64,000 bases of DNA, taken from NCBI GenBank assembly GCA_011374625.1, contig DRPN01000138.1:4815-68814 (forward strand), in the 5' to 3' direction. Source of the stretch: Bacteroidota bacterium (GTDB lineage Bacteria; Bacteroidota; Bacteroidia; Bacteroidales; VadinHA17). The notes under the pieces are model-generated. The model saw only the letters and a list, made by a program, of their open reading frames with translations, searched no databases and was not told where the DNA came from. Position 1 is the first letter of the stretch, and each line of letters opens with the position of its first letter. A program made the translations under genes and the position numbers. Of this stretch, positions 1-10,406 are shown piece after piece.

Positions 1-277
1 ACAGATTAACGAGATAGGATTTATGGTTTCTGAAGTAACTGAATTTGAAAATAAAATCGATGACTTCATTATTATCCACATCAAGAAGAAATGAATCGGT
101 GTATTCATTAAGAGTAAAATCAAATGGGAAAATTATGGAATTTTCCAGGTTAAAATATTTGAAATTGCTCAGATCGTTTTTATCAATGACTATCTGTGTT
201 AATACCGGATCATTCTCCGCAGGTTTACAGGCTGTGAGAGATAAGAGAAACAGAAGGATAGTCGGAATTTTTCCCAT
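1..277 (-). CDS. Lipoprotein, 5' part only (gene continues past the left edge)
   Basis: My minus-strand translation from ATG at 277..275 reads MGKIPTILLFLLSLTACKPAENDPVLTQIVIDKNDLSNFKYFNLENS... and stays open to base 1. It has a signal peptide plus lipobox (LTAC). It is absent from the ORF track because it is open-ended. The listed + ORF 45..359 is its shadow. Confidence 0.5.
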   Translation of the reverse strand, partial: MGKIPTILLFLLSLTACKPAENDPVLTQIVIDKNDLSNFKYFNLENSIIFPFDFTLNEYTDSFLLDVDNNEVIDFIFKFSYFRNHKSYLVNL

Positions 278-362
278 GGATTATGATTATGCGCCGTACA
301 TTAACATTATACGGCAATATATGCCTCAAAAGTTACTGTTCATTTCAATTTGTCTATAAAAG

Positions 363-2741
363 ATGGAAAAAATGGAAAAATCGAAATCCGGAAGACAGGA
401 TCATTTTGTTGATATTCAAGAAATTGTAAACCTGTTTATTAAAAACAGATATCTTTTTCTAATAAGTCTGTTTGTGGCTCTTTTTATTGCTTTTCTGGTA
501 AACACACTTACCATACCGAGGTACAGGGCAAGTACATCCATTTTATTCAAAGATAAGACAAATCAGCGTACTGCTTCTACCGAGTTCCTTGCGGGTCAAA
601 CCTATTTTGACGAAAACATGGATTTCAACAATGAACTATTGCTGTTACAATCTACTTCGCTTATCAAAGAAGTCATCAGGAACAATAATTTTCATGTTAG
701 CTATTATGCCAAGGAAGATATGTTGCCACTGGAGTTATTGCCCTCGATGACAGAAACATATAAGAATTCCCCTTTTACTGTCATTTTTGATGAAAACCAG
801 GGGCAGCCGGTAAATGTGTTGTTTTATATAAGTATCAGAAACGAAGAAGAATTTTTTATCACTGCAGAAGAAAGTGAGGTAGATATCTATGATTACCGCA
901 ATGAAAAAGTGCTTTACAAGGTAAATTCCATGTCATTCAGTGGTATATACCGGTTTGGGGAAGAAATAAAAGGGGATCATTTTTCATTCCGGGTATTACT
1001 GAACTCCAAATATGAAAGCAGCCTGTATGACGGGAAGGACCTGTATTTTTCATTCAATAACATAACGCAACTTGCCGGTTTGTTTCGGTCAGCCATGAAA
1101 GTTGAGCCGAAAGATCTGAATACGACCATTGCTGAGATCAGTTTTGAGTCAAGTAATGTCAGCCTGGCCATTGATTTTTTGAACGGACTGACCCGAGAGT
1201 ATTTACAAAAAAACCTTGACAAGAAGAACCATCTGGCCATGAGTACGATACAGTACATCGATGCCCAGCTTGCCGAGATAACCGATTCCCTGGCCTATAC
1301 GGAAGAAAGCCTGCAGCGTTTCAGGAGGGATTATGAAGTGATGGATATCGGTGAGAAGGGGACACGGCTTTACCAGCAATTACAACTGTTACAGACCGAA
1401 AAGACCGAGCTGGAAAGAAGGGCGAGGTATTACCAGCACCTGGAAGATTATTTTGTGGTGAATAAAAACTCCCACAACCTTCTGGCCCCTTCATCCATGG
1501 GGATTGATGATCCCAATCTGAACAGCATGATCAAGGAACTGACTACCTATAACTCAGAGAAGAATGCCCTGATACAGTCGAATCAGGCCAGGAGCCCACG
1601 GATTCAGACCCTGGATATACTGATCGAAAACCTGAAAGCCACCATATCGGAAAACATCAATTACAATATTACCACAGCCAGGCTGCAACTGGAAGACCTG
1701 AACAGCCGGATCCAGCAGCTTCAGTATGAGATCAACAGTCTGCCACAAACCCAGAGGCAGCTTCTGGGCATTGAGAGGAGGTTCAGGCTGAACGATGCTG
1801 TATATACTTATCTGCTGGAAAAAAGGGCTGAAGCGCAGATTGCCAGTGCTTCCAATCTTCCCGACAGCGAAATAATGGAAGATGCACGATTTGCCGGACA
1901 GGTAAAGCCGAAAAAAACGCAGAACTATTTACTGGCGGTAATCTGCGGATTATTTTTCCCGGTGGTATTTGTACAAACCAGAAAGGCCCTGAACACCAAG
2001 ATTGTTGACAGGCTGGAACTGGAAAAGGCCACCGGTCTGTATCTCGCGGGCAGGATTTATCACTACCGGAATGCTTCATCGCTGGTATTTATAGGTAAAA
2101 CGGACGAACGTATCGCTGATAATTTCCGTTCATTGCGTACCAGTGTAGAATTTTTTGCCGGAGACCGGAACAAGAAGGTATTTCTGGTGACATCTTCCAT
2201 GAGCCGGGAAGGGAAGTCTTTTATTTCGCTAAACCTGGGATCGGCGTTTGCAAAGAACGGACGCAAGACCATTGTGCTTGGGTTCGACCTGCGTAAACCG
2301 AGCATGTTGTATAAGGAACTGAGCGAAGAGACATTTCTGGGTTTGAGTTCATATCTGATCAGCGAAGCCAGACTGGAGGACATTCTGATTCAAACGCCTG
2401 TGGAAAACCTGTCGCTCATTACCTCCGGTGTTATACCACCCAATCCCCTGGAACTAATATCTTCAGACAGAACGGCCGGCCTGATTGAAATCCTCAGAGA
2501 GACCTTCGATTGCATTATTATTGATTCTCCTCCGGTAGGATTTATACCGGATGCTTTTGTTCTGATGAAGTATTCAGATGTTAATCTGATTGTGGTAAGA
2601 AATGATTTTACAAGGAAAAAAATATTCATGGAAAGTCTCAGGGAAATCCGCCAGAAGAATATTGATAACCTTTATCTGATATACAATGATGATAAAGTGC
2701 CGAAAGCGGACTTTAAGTATACCTACTTATATTATAGTTAA
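363..2741 (+). CDS. wzc: Polysaccharide co-polymerase / BY-type tyrosine autokinase (Wzc, PCP-2a-like)
   Basis: 792 aa. The N-terminal Wzz/GumC-like region has two TM segments flanking a long coiled-coil part. The C-terminal P-loop kinase shows Walker A SSMSREGKS, Walker A' IVLGFDLRKP and Walker B CIIIDSPPV, followed by a Tyr-rich tail KYTYLYYS. Confidence 0.85.
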   Translation: MEKMEKSKSGRQDHFVDIQEIVNLFIKNRYLFLISLFVALFIAFLVNTLTIPRYRASTSILFKDKTNQRTASTEFLAGQTYFDENMDFNNELLLLQSTSLIKEVIRNNNFHVSYYAKEDMLPLELLPSMTETYKNSPFTVIFDENQGQPVNVLFYISIRNEEEFFITAEESEVDIYDYRNEKVLYKVNSMSFSGIYRFGEEIKGDHFSFRVLLNSKYESSLYDGKDLYFSFNNITQLAGLFRSAMKVEPKDLNTTIAEISFESSNVSLAIDFLNGLTREYLQKNLDKKNHLAMSTIQYIDAQLAEITDSLAYTEESLQRFRRDYEVMDIGEKGTRLYQQLQLLQTEKTELERRARYYQHLEDYFVVNKNSHNLLAPSSMGIDDPNLNSMIKELTTYNSEKNALIQSNQARSPRIQTLDILIENLKATISENINYNITTARLQLEDLNSRIQQLQYEINSLPQTQRQLLGIERRFRLNDAVYTYLLEKRAEAQIASASNLPDSEIMEDARFAGQVKPKKTQNYLLAVICGLFFPVVFVQTRKALNTKIVDRLELEKATGLYLAGRIYHYRNASSLVFIGKTDERIADNFRSLRTSVEFFAGDRNKKVFLVTSSMSREGKSFISLNLGSAFAKNGRKTIVLGFDLRKPSMLYKELSEETFLGLSSYLISEARLEDILIQTPVENLSLITSGVIPPNPLELISSDRTAGLIEILRETFDCIIIDSPPVGFIPDAFVLMKYSDVNLIVVRNDFTRKKIFMESLREIRQKNIDNLYLIYNDDKVPKADFKYTYLYYS

Positions 2742-2759
2742 AAATGTAAGTCCACTGTT

Positions 2760-3992
2760 GTGTATCAGGAATCATCATCAATGGATATAATTAGAAGATA
2801 TTACTTCTTAGGCTTGGCTTCTTTACCTTTATGGTTAATAACAACACATAGGGTTTTAGACAATAATTTTAATGATTTTTTCGGATTTTTTGCTGTAGTA
2901 ATAATAATCATTTCTTATGCTGGGGGTACAAAGATTAAATTACCAAAATACATCCTGCCGCTGGTACTCTTAATATTATATTATGTTATCTGGGATGCGA
3001 TAAACGGAATTTACAATTTCCTATCGATTAGACAGGTTTTAATTTATCTTGTTAGATTTAAGTGGCTACATCTTATAGCTACTTTATTGCTTATTGAAAA
3101 CACTCAATTCGATAAAAATTTTATACAAACCGTTATTATTATTTTCAAAATTACGATAATTACTGCCTTTATTGTTTCTGCCATTCAATTTTTTATAGAT
3201 CCATTTTTCCTGACACCGAAAGGAGTAGACGAAATTTTATTGATGCAGGATATCCATGATATCCGGTATGGGTCAATTTTTAGATATGAATCTTCAAATG
3301 GTGTTGGAATGTCTTTTATACCCATTATGTCAATATTGATAGGATTTCATTTGTATAAGAATAATAACCTGAATATTCTATGGATTTTAATGGCAGCATT
3401 TATTGTTTTCGCGACAAAATCGAGATATGTGTATTTGAATTTTTTTGTGATCCTGATACAGTATCCATTAATAAGAGGTATTCAATTAAATAAATTGATG
3501 AGGATCTTAATCCTGTTAATTTTTACCACATTGGCATTCTATTATACTCTTAATTATGTTGGTTTCAGAATTGATGAATTTTTTCGTGATCGATTATTAA
3601 GTGAAAGTGCATATACCAGATTAGTAGCTATAGAGCTATTTGCCAAATTTTTTCCTGAAAGTCCATATTTCGGAACCGGTGTTCATCTTACTGACAGTGT
3701 CATCCGGGCACTAGCTGGAAGAAGCTCGCAGATACATATTGGTTATCTGGCCCATCTTTATTCTTTTGGTATTGTGGGTAGTATCATGCTATTTGTTTTT
3801 TGGTATATGATTCTGAGATATTTTAGAAGTGTTGCTATATCGACTAAGTATTATGGAAGCCTATTTGCATTCATTACATTCCTAATAGCCAACCTGACAT
3901 TGGTTCAATATAACATTTATCATTATGGGCTTTTATTAGCTTTCGTTTTTAATAAGACAATTCAAGATGAAGATATTATCTATCACAGTTAG
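2760..3992 (+). CDS. wzy: Repeat-unit polymerase-like multi-pass membrane protein (Wzy / O-antigen-ligase-like family)
   Basis: 410 aa, about 10 hydrophobic helices, very AT-rich, located between wzc and wzx. The track start at 2760 is GTG; the first ATG at 2781 is the more likely start. The call rests on architecture and position only. Confidence 0.55.
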   Translation: MYQESSSMDIIRRYYFLGLASLPLWLITTHRVLDNNFNDFFGFFAVVIIIISYAGGTKIKLPKYILPLVLLILYYVIWDAINGIYNFLSIRQVLIYLVRFKWLHLIATLLLIENTQFDKNFIQTVIIIFKITIITAFIVSAIQFFIDPFFLTPKGVDEILLMQDIHDIRYGSIFRYESSNGVGMSFIPIMSILIGFHLYKNNNLNILWILMAAFIVFATKSRYVYLNFFVILIQYPLIRGIQLNKLMRILILLIFTTLAFYYTLNYVGFRIDEFFRDRLLSESAYTRLVAIELFAKFFPESPYFGTGVHLTDSVIRALAGRSSQIHIGYLAHLYSFGIVGSIMLFVFWYMILRYFRSVAISTKYYGSLFAFITFLIANLTLVQYNIYHYGLLLAFVFNKTIQDEDIIYHS

Positions 3993-5373
3993 TTACATAT
4001 CTAGTAGGTATATCCACTTCGTTAGAATGCTTGTAGGATTCTTTACGCACGGACATGAACGAAGCATACGGGCAAAACGGAACATTGCAGCCACTATTGT
4101 AATTAAGGGATTGAGTATTGCAACAGGCCTTATTCTTGTTCCTTTAACCATTAATTACCTGGAACCAACAAAATATGGTATATGGATTACTCTTAGCTCA
4201 ATTCTCCACTGGTTTAGTTTTTTTGATATTGGTTTGGGTAACGGCCTCAGAAATCGATTTGCAGAGGCATTGGCCTCAGGAAAACATCATTTGGCGAAGA
4301 CTTATGTGAGTACAACTTACGCAGTATTAAGCATTATTATTGGTGGAGTTCTGATTCTTTTTTACATAATAAATCCTTTCCTTAATTGGTCAAGGATTCT
4401 GAACACAGGTGAGGATATTGCTTTCCAAACAGAACTAAGTGTACTTGCTCTTATTGTATTTACTTTTTTTTGTTTGCAATTTGTTTTTAAACTGATTACT
4501 ACCATACTTATTTCTGACCAGAGGCCTGCAAAAGCATCCTTATTTGATCTAATGGGAAAAATTTTAAGTCTTATACTTATTTTTATTTTAACCAAAACAA
4601 CAACAGGTTCACTTCTTTATCTTGCTATTACCTTTAGCAGTGTACCGGTATTGGTTCTAATGATTTCCAGTTTATGGTTTTATAACAGAAAATATAAGCG
4701 CTATAGACCGTCACTTAAGTCAATTGATTTTAGCAAAACGAAAGATTTAATGAATCTTGGCATTAAATTTTTCATTATTCAAATTGCGGCAGTCCTTCTG
4801 TATCAAACCAATAATATTATCATTTCACAACTTTTTGGACCTGCCGAAGTAACTCCGTATAATGTGGCATTTAAATATTTCAATGTGCTCATGATGGGAT
4901 TTGCCATAATATTAACTCCATTTTGGAGTGCATTTACTGAAGCATGGGTAAAAAAAGAGATTTCATGGATAAGAAACAGTATAAAAAAGCTTGTAGGATT
5001 ATGGGGGCTCTTATTAATTGCAGGCATTATTATGCTGGTTTTTTCGAAATGGGTGTATGCAGTTTGGATAGGAGAAAAGGTGCAAGTTTCATTCAGCATA
5101 TCTGCATTGGTATGTGCGTGGGTCTTGCTTAATGCATGGAATGGGATTTTTAGCCATTTTTTAAATGGAGTGGGTAAAATAAAACTTCAGCTTTATATTG
5201 GTATTACCGCTGCAGTATTAAATGTCCCGTTAGCATTATTTCTTGGAAATAAAATTGGAATTGAAGGTGTATTAACCGCAAATCTATTGGTAAAAATATT
5301 CGGAGTTTGGATTTATCCTTTGCAATCTTTCAAATTGATAAATAACAAGGCGACCGGTTTATGGAAAAAATAA
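3967..5373 (+). CDS. wzx: Polysaccharide flippase, MOP/Wzx family
   Basis: 468 aa with 12 or more TM helices and a typical Wzx N-terminal region (RAKRNIAATIVIKGLSIATGLILVPLTINYLEPTKYG). A start at 3967 overlaps wzy by 26 nt; the ATG at 4027 is an alternative. Confidence 0.7.
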   Translation: MKILSITVSYISSRYIHFVRMLVGFFTHGHERSIRAKRNIAATIVIKGLSIATGLILVPLTINYLEPTKYGIWITLSSILHWFSFFDIGLGNGLRNRFAEALASGKHHLAKTYVSTTYAVLSIIIGGVLILFYIINPFLNWSRILNTGEDIAFQTELSVLALIVFTFFCLQFVFKLITTILISDQRPAKASLFDLMGKILSLILIFILTKTTTGSLLYLAITFSSVPVLVLMISSLWFYNRKYKRYRPSLKSIDFSKTKDLMNLGIKFFIIQIAAVLLYQTNNIIISQLFGPAEVTPYNVAFKYFNVLMMGFAIILTPFWSAFTEAWVKKEISWIRNSIKKLVGLWGLLLIAGIIMLVFSKWVYAVWIGEKVQVSFSISALVCAWVLLNAWNGIFSHFLNGVGKIKLQLYIGITAAVLNVPLALFLGNKIGIEGVLTANLLVKIFGVWIYPLQSFKLINNKATGLWKK

Positions 5374-5380
5374 TAATGTA

Positions 5381-6682
5381 ATGAAGATAGTGATATTATC
5401 AACATCCAATCCTAATCGAGTTGCAGGAGTTGTTGCAAAGGATATTATGGATGGTTTTAAAGTGATTCCTGAAGTTGAGGTAAAACTTGTTGTTAAGCAA
5501 TGGGATAAATACAGAGACAAAAATATTGTTTCAGTTGACAATAGATTTGTTCATTATCGCGACCTATTAATTAAAAAGTGGATTAACCTGCAAAAAAGAA
5601 TTGGAATTCGAAAAAAACAGAAAAAGTTAAACATTCTTGATGAAAAATATTCCATTCTTGATTACGATCAAACAATTATATGGTACTCAACTAAAAAGCT
5701 TTTAAAAAAAATTGGGAAACCTGATGTTATCATTGTGCTATTTATGCAAAAGTTTCTATCATATAAGAATCTATATGAATTAAATATACATACCATGGCG
5801 CCGATTTATTTACGGATGCAGGATATTGCTCCAATAACCGGGGGATGTCATCTTGCATGGGATTGCTTAGGTTATCAGCGTGAATGCGGTAAATGCCCGG
5901 CTCTCCATTCTGATGATCCTGCCGATCAATCACATATAAATTGGTGCTATAAAAAAGCCTTCGTTGAACAAACAGATATAAAAGTATTTACTGGCTCTTC
6001 ATGGTTGTATGATAAAATACAAAAAGGCAGTATGTTCAGAAATAAAGAAAAATATAAAATTCCCATACCGATCGATGAATCATTATATCATCCTGGCAGA
6101 AAGAACGAAGCAAGATCCGCTCTTAACCTTCCTATGAATAAGAAGATCATATTTTTTGGAGCAAACGCTTTTTTTAAAAAAAATAAAGGATTTAAAGAAC
6201 TAGTCGAATCTCTATATGTATTGCGAGGCAAACTGAATCAAAATGATACGCAAAATATTCATCTCGCAATAGCTGGAAACTATAGTAAGAAAATAGATTT
6301 TATTCTTCCTTTTGAATATACCAGTTTGGGACTTCTGTCACATGAACAACTGCCTTTGGCTTTTCAAGCGGCTGATTTTTTTGTTTCACCATCTATTGAA
6401 GACCCTGGCCCAATGATGGTTAATCAGTCATTGATGTGTGGTACTCCGGTTGTAGCTTTTGAAATGGGTGTAGCAGTTGATTTAGTTATTTCTGGGGAAA
6501 CAGGGTATAAAGCAAAACTTCTTGATATTGAAGATATGGCAAATGGCATGGCATATATGCTGCAACTTAAGGAAGATGAATATTTGAAATTATGTTCTGC
6601 CAGCCGTGATATAGCCATTCGAACGAATTCCATTCATGTAGTCATTAACGAGATTTTTTCAATAATAAAAGGATCAAAATGA
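5381..6682 (+). CDS. Glycosyltransferase, GT-B fold (GT4-like) with a Cys-cluster insert
   Basis: 433 aa. The C-terminal Rossmann half contains KIIFFGANAF..KNKGFKEL and FVSPSIEDPGPMMVNQSLMCGTPVVAFEMG. The N-terminal half carries GGCHLAWDCLGYQRECGKCPAL. Confidence 0.7.
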   Translation: MKIVILSTSNPNRVAGVVAKDIMDGFKVIPEVEVKLVVKQWDKYRDKNIVSVDNRFVHYRDLLIKKWINLQKRIGIRKKQKKLNILDEKYSILDYDQTIIWYSTKKLLKKIGKPDVIIVLFMQKFLSYKNLYELNIHTMAPIYLRMQDIAPITGGCHLAWDCLGYQRECGKCPALHSDDPADQSHINWCYKKAFVEQTDIKVFTGSSWLYDKIQKGSMFRNKEKYKIPIPIDESLYHPGRKNEARSALNLPMNKKIIFFGANAFFKKNKGFKELVESLYVLRGKLNQNDTQNIHLAIAGNYSKKIDFILPFEYTSLGLLSHEQLPLAFQAADFFVSPSIEDPGPMMVNQSLMCGTPVVAFEMGVAVDLVISGETGYKAKLLDIEDMANGMAYMLQLKEDEYLKLCSASRDIAIRTNSIHVVINEIFSIIKGSK

Positions 6683-6775
6683 TGTGTAATAAATTAATTT
6701 AAGATAATGCTTTTCCGTACATTCATTGTAATAGTACTTAAATAATTAAACAAATTTTACCTAAACATTATATCT

Positions 6776-7912
6776 ATGAAAATACCTTTCAATAAACCAT
6801 ACTTAACTGGTAAAGAGGCTCATTATATGTATCAGGCTGTCTTTTCCGGTCACATTTCGGGCAATGGGTTATTTACCAAGAAGTGCCATAAGTTTTTTGA
6901 AGAGCAATATGGATTTCGAAAAGCTCTTCTAACCACATCATGTACTGATGCTCTTGAAATGGCAGCATTATTGGCAAATATTAAACCAGATGATGAAGTA
7001 ATAGTGCCATCTTATACGTTTGTTTCAACTGCTCTGGCATTTGTCAGACAAGGAGGTAAAATTGTTTTTGTTGACAGCAGAGAGGATCATCCTGGCATTG
7101 ACGAAAAGGCTATTGAGGAAGTTATCACACCAAAAACAAGAGCCATTGTTCCTGTTCACTATGCTGGAGTAGCATGTGATATGGAAATAATTATGAATCT
7201 TTCGGAAAAATACAATTTAATCATTATTGAAGATGCGGCACATGGAATAGATAGTTACTATAAAGGGAAACCTCTCGGTAGTTTTGGTTCATTCGGTTCT
7301 CTTTCATTTCATGAAACAAAAAATATTATTTCTGGTGAAGGAGGAATGCTTCTCATCAATAATGAATCCTTTATTGAAAGGGCTGAAATTATCTGGGAAA
7401 AAGGAACTAATCGTGCAGCTTTTTTTAAGGGTGAGGTCGACAAGTATAGTTGGGTTGATATTGGGTCCTCCTTTCTTCCGTCAGATATTATTGCTGCTTT
7501 TCTATATGCACAATTGGAAAATATTGAGAATATCCAAAGAAAGAGGTTATGGAACTGGAATAAATATTATGAAGGATTAAAGGCATTAGAGAACAGGGGG
7601 TTGATCAGATTGCCTTATTTGCCGGAATATGCTTCCAATAATGGTCATATGTTTTACCTGATATGTAATACCGCTGGAGACAGAAATCGTTTGATAAAAT
7701 ATTTGAAAGAGCAGGATATATCAGTTGTTTTTCATTACCAAAGTTTACACAAGAGTCCTTATTATATTAATTTTCATGATGGAAGGACGTTGAAATGGGC
7801 GGATTTCTATTCGGATAATTTGGTTCGGTTGCCGATGTATTATGAGATAAGTGAAGAACAAATTGACTTTATAGTGGAAAAAATCAATAAGTTCTTTCTA
7901 TTGAATCATTAA
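6776..7912 (+). CDS. wecE: dTDP-4-keto-6-deoxyhexose 4-aminotransferase (WecE/RffA-like, DegT family)
   Basis: 378 aa, collinear with E. coli WecE as I recall it. Shared blocks are IPFNKP..G.E..YM, LLTTSCTDALEMAALL, DEVIVPSYTFVSTALAF, VPVHYAGVACDM, SFHETKN (PLP lysine) and EKGTNRAAFFKGEVDKYSWVDIGSS. Confidence 0.85.
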   Translation: MKIPFNKPYLTGKEAHYMYQAVFSGHISGNGLFTKKCHKFFEEQYGFRKALLTTSCTDALEMAALLANIKPDDEVIVPSYTFVSTALAFVRQGGKIVFVDSREDHPGIDEKAIEEVITPKTRAIVPVHYAGVACDMEIIMNLSEKYNLIIIEDAAHGIDSYYKGKPLGSFGSFGSLSFHETKNIISGEGGMLLINNESFIERAEIIWEKGTNRAAFFKGEVDKYSWVDIGSSFLPSDIIAAFLYAQLENIENIQRKRLWNWNKYYEGLKALENRGLIRLPYLPEYASNNGHMFYLICNTAGDRNRLIKYLKEQDISVVFHYQSLHKSPYYINFHDGRTLKWADFYSDNLVRLPMYYEISEEQIDFIVEKINKFFLLNH

Positions 7913-7973
7913 CGAATATGGCAAAGGAGGAAGAATAGTTTCAGCTAATTGACTTATAATAATTGAGCATTTC

Positions 7974-9320
7974 ATGCAAAAAAACATTTATCCTAGGGTT
8001 TTAATTATTGGGGAATCATTTCATTTGATGTCTGGTGGAGGTATAACCCTGGTTAGTCTATTCAAGGATTGGCCAAGACAGAATTTAGCTGTTGTTGTAA
8101 AGAGAAATAAATATATGCTATTTGAATACTGCTCAAATTATTATGGATTAGGATATCTTGAAGAGAAAAGATGCTGGCCCTTTCATTATTTCCAGAAAAA
8201 AAATGAATCTGGACCAATTAAGGAGAACGATTGGATATCAAAACAAAGTATACATGCTTTTCCTCCAGAAAATATTGGGCAAAAATCTAAAGTGAAAAGT
8301 TTATTTATTCAATTTTTGCACTTTCTGGGATTATATCCTGTAATATACAGGTCAAAAGTGTCAGAAAAATATATTCAATGGCTGGATGAATTTCATCCTG
8401 ATATAGTCTATACTCAGCTTTCCAGTATTAACATGATGAAGTTTGTCAAGCAGACTATTGAAAAAAGAAATATCCCTTTGGCAATTCACATTATGGATGA
8501 TTGGCCGAAAACCCTTAAGGAACCGGGCATACTGTATTTTTATTGGAAAAAAGTAATAGAAAATAAATTTAAAGAATTATTGGATTATTCAAGTGTGCGC
8601 ATGAGTATATGCAGTGCCATGAGTGAAGAATATATGGTTAGATACGGTATTAAGTTTATTCCGTTCCATAATTCAGTTGATTTAAGTAAATGGAGAAATA
8701 TATCAAAAACGGATTGGACATGTAATCAGGTATTTACAATTTTATATGCTGGAAGAATTGGGATTGGTGTTCAGGAGTCGGTTTTGATGATTGCAAGGGC
8801 TGTAGAAATTTTAGCAGAAAATGGATATAGCATACATTTTAAAATTCGTTCCGGGTCATTCCCTGGCGATTTTAAAACAAAGCTTAACAATTTTCATCAT
8901 ACAAAAATTGAAGGGTATTTGTCTAACAATGAAATGCCAAAAGAATTAGCTGGTGCTGATTTATTGGTTTTACCTCTGGATTTTAATAAACTTGAGTTTA
9001 CCCGTTTATCTATGCCGACAAAGGTGCCTGAATATCTAATTAGTGGAACACCAATTCTGGTTATTGCTCATAGGGAAACGGCACTTTATAGATATGCAAA
9101 AAAATATGGATGGGGCTTAACTGTTTCTGAAAATGAAGTAGAAAAAATTACAGAAAAAATAAAGCTTTTTTACAAAAATCATAAGCTTCGCCAAATGTAT
9201 GGTGAAACAGGGAAAAAGATTGCCTCGAAATACCATAATGGTGAAATGATTAGAAAGGATTTTGTTTTAACTTTAAAAGATGCAATATATAACAGTCAAC
9301 CTATGACCCATGTACAATAA
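7974..9320 (+). CDS. Glycosyltransferase, GT-B fold (GT4-like)
   Basis: 448 aa. The C-terminal half contains FTILYAGRIGIG and ADLLVLPLDF..SMPTKVPEYLISGTPILV (E-x7-E-type region). Confidence 0.6.
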   Translation: MQKNIYPRVLIIGESFHLMSGGGITLVSLFKDWPRQNLAVVVKRNKYMLFEYCSNYYGLGYLEEKRCWPFHYFQKKNESGPIKENDWISKQSIHAFPPENIGQKSKVKSLFIQFLHFLGLYPVIYRSKVSEKYIQWLDEFHPDIVYTQLSSINMMKFVKQTIEKRNIPLAIHIMDDWPKTLKEPGILYFYWKKVIENKFKELLDYSSVRMSICSAMSEEYMVRYGIKFIPFHNSVDLSKWRNISKTDWTCNQVFTILYAGRIGIGVQESVLMIARAVEILAENGYSIHFKIRSGSFPGDFKTKLNNFHHTKIEGYLSNNEMPKELAGADLLVLPLDFNKLEFTRLSMPTKVPEYLISGTPILVIAHRETALYRYAKKYGWGLTVSENEVEKITEKIKLFYKNHKLRQMYGETGKKIASKYHNGEMIRKDFVLTLKDAIYNSQPMTHVQ

Positions 9321-9386
9321 ATCATTTGAATCTGAATAATAGTTTTAGGTATCAACTAATTTCAAAACAGAAAAACTGAAGATCTT

Positions 9387-10406
9387 ATGAAGAGTTCATA
9401 TGCGGGTAAGTGTCTATTAATTACCGGAGGTACAGGCTCATTTGGCAATGCGGTTCTGAACCAATTTGTTCATTCAGATATAAAAGAAATTCGAGTTTTC
9501 AGTCGGGACGAAAAAAAACAGGATGACCTGAGGAATAAACTGAAAAATTCCCGGGTGAAATTCTATATTGGTGATGTAAGGGATTACCGTTCTGTTGAAA
9601 CGGTGGTAACCGGTGTGGATTATATATTTCATGCTGCAGCCCTCAAACAGGTGCCTTCCTGTGAGTTTTTCCCCGTTGAAGCGGTAAGAACCAATGTACT
9701 GGGGGCAGAGAATGTGATTGAAGCAGCCATCAAAAACCGGGTGAAGAAAGTCATCATCCTCAGTACCGATAAAGCAGTATACCCCATCAATGCCATGGGC
9801 CTTTCCAAAGCATTGATGGAAAAGGTAATGATAGCCCGGTCGAGAAACCTTGAACAACCGGTTTTGTGCGGAACCCGTTATGGAAATGTCATGGGCAGCA
9901 GGGGATCGGTGATACCACTTTTTATCCAACAGATCAAAAACGGGAAACCTCTTACGGTTACCGATCCCGGTATGACACGGTTCATGATGAGCCTGGAAGG
10001 AGCCGTTGATCTTGTTTTATATGCATTTGAACACGCCAGACCGGGAGATATGTTTGTCCAGAAAGCACCTGCTGCAACCATTGAAACGCTGGTAAAAGCC
10101 TTAAAAGATATCTACAAAGCCAATAATCCGGTGAAAATTATCGGCACACGGCATGGTGAAAAGCTTTATGAAACCTTAGTGAACAGGGAGGAAATGGTTA
10201 AGGCGGAAGACCTGGGGGATTACTTCCGTATCCCCGCCGATACCCGCGACCTGAATTACGATAGATATTTTTCTGTTGGAGAAAAGGATATTTCTAAAGT
10301 TAAAGAATACCATTCGCACAATACAGTGAGGCTGGATGTAGAGGGGACAAAAAGATTACTATTAAAACTGGACTTTATTCAGAAAGATATAGGCCTTTTG
10401 CAATAA
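9387..10406 (+). CDS. fnlA: UDP-GlcNAc 4,6-dehydratase/5-epimerase (FnlA / CapE / WbjB)
   Basis: 339 aa. Motifs LITGGTGSFGNAV, IRVFSRDEKKQDDLR, FHAAALKQVPSCEFFPVEAVRTN, YPINAMGLSKA and CGTRYGNVMGSRGSVIPLF closely match S. aureus Cap5E as I recall it. Confidence 0.9.
   Translation: MKSSYAGKCLLITGGTGSFGNAVLNQFVHSDIKEIRVFSRDEKKQDDLRNKLKNSRVKFYIGDVRDYRSVETVVTGVDYIFHAAALKQVPSCEFFPVEAVRTNVLGAENVIEAAIKNRVKKVIILSTDKAVYPINAMGLSKALMEKVMIARSRNLEQPVLCGTRYGNVMGSRGSVIPLFIQQIKNGKPLTVTDPGMTRFMMSLEGAVDLVLYAFEHARPGDMFVQKAPAATIETLVKALKDIYKANNPVKIIGTRHGEKLYETLVNREEMVKAEDLGDYFRIPADTRDLNYDRYFSVGEKDISKVKEYHSHNTVRLDVEGTKRLLLKLDFIQKDIGLLQ

Noticed and set aside
45-359. 104-aa plus-strand ORF at the left edge
   Set aside because: It uses a TTG start and has no recognisable features. 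It lies antisense to a much more convincing lipoprotein N-terminus (1..277, minus strand), so I treat it as a shadow ORF.
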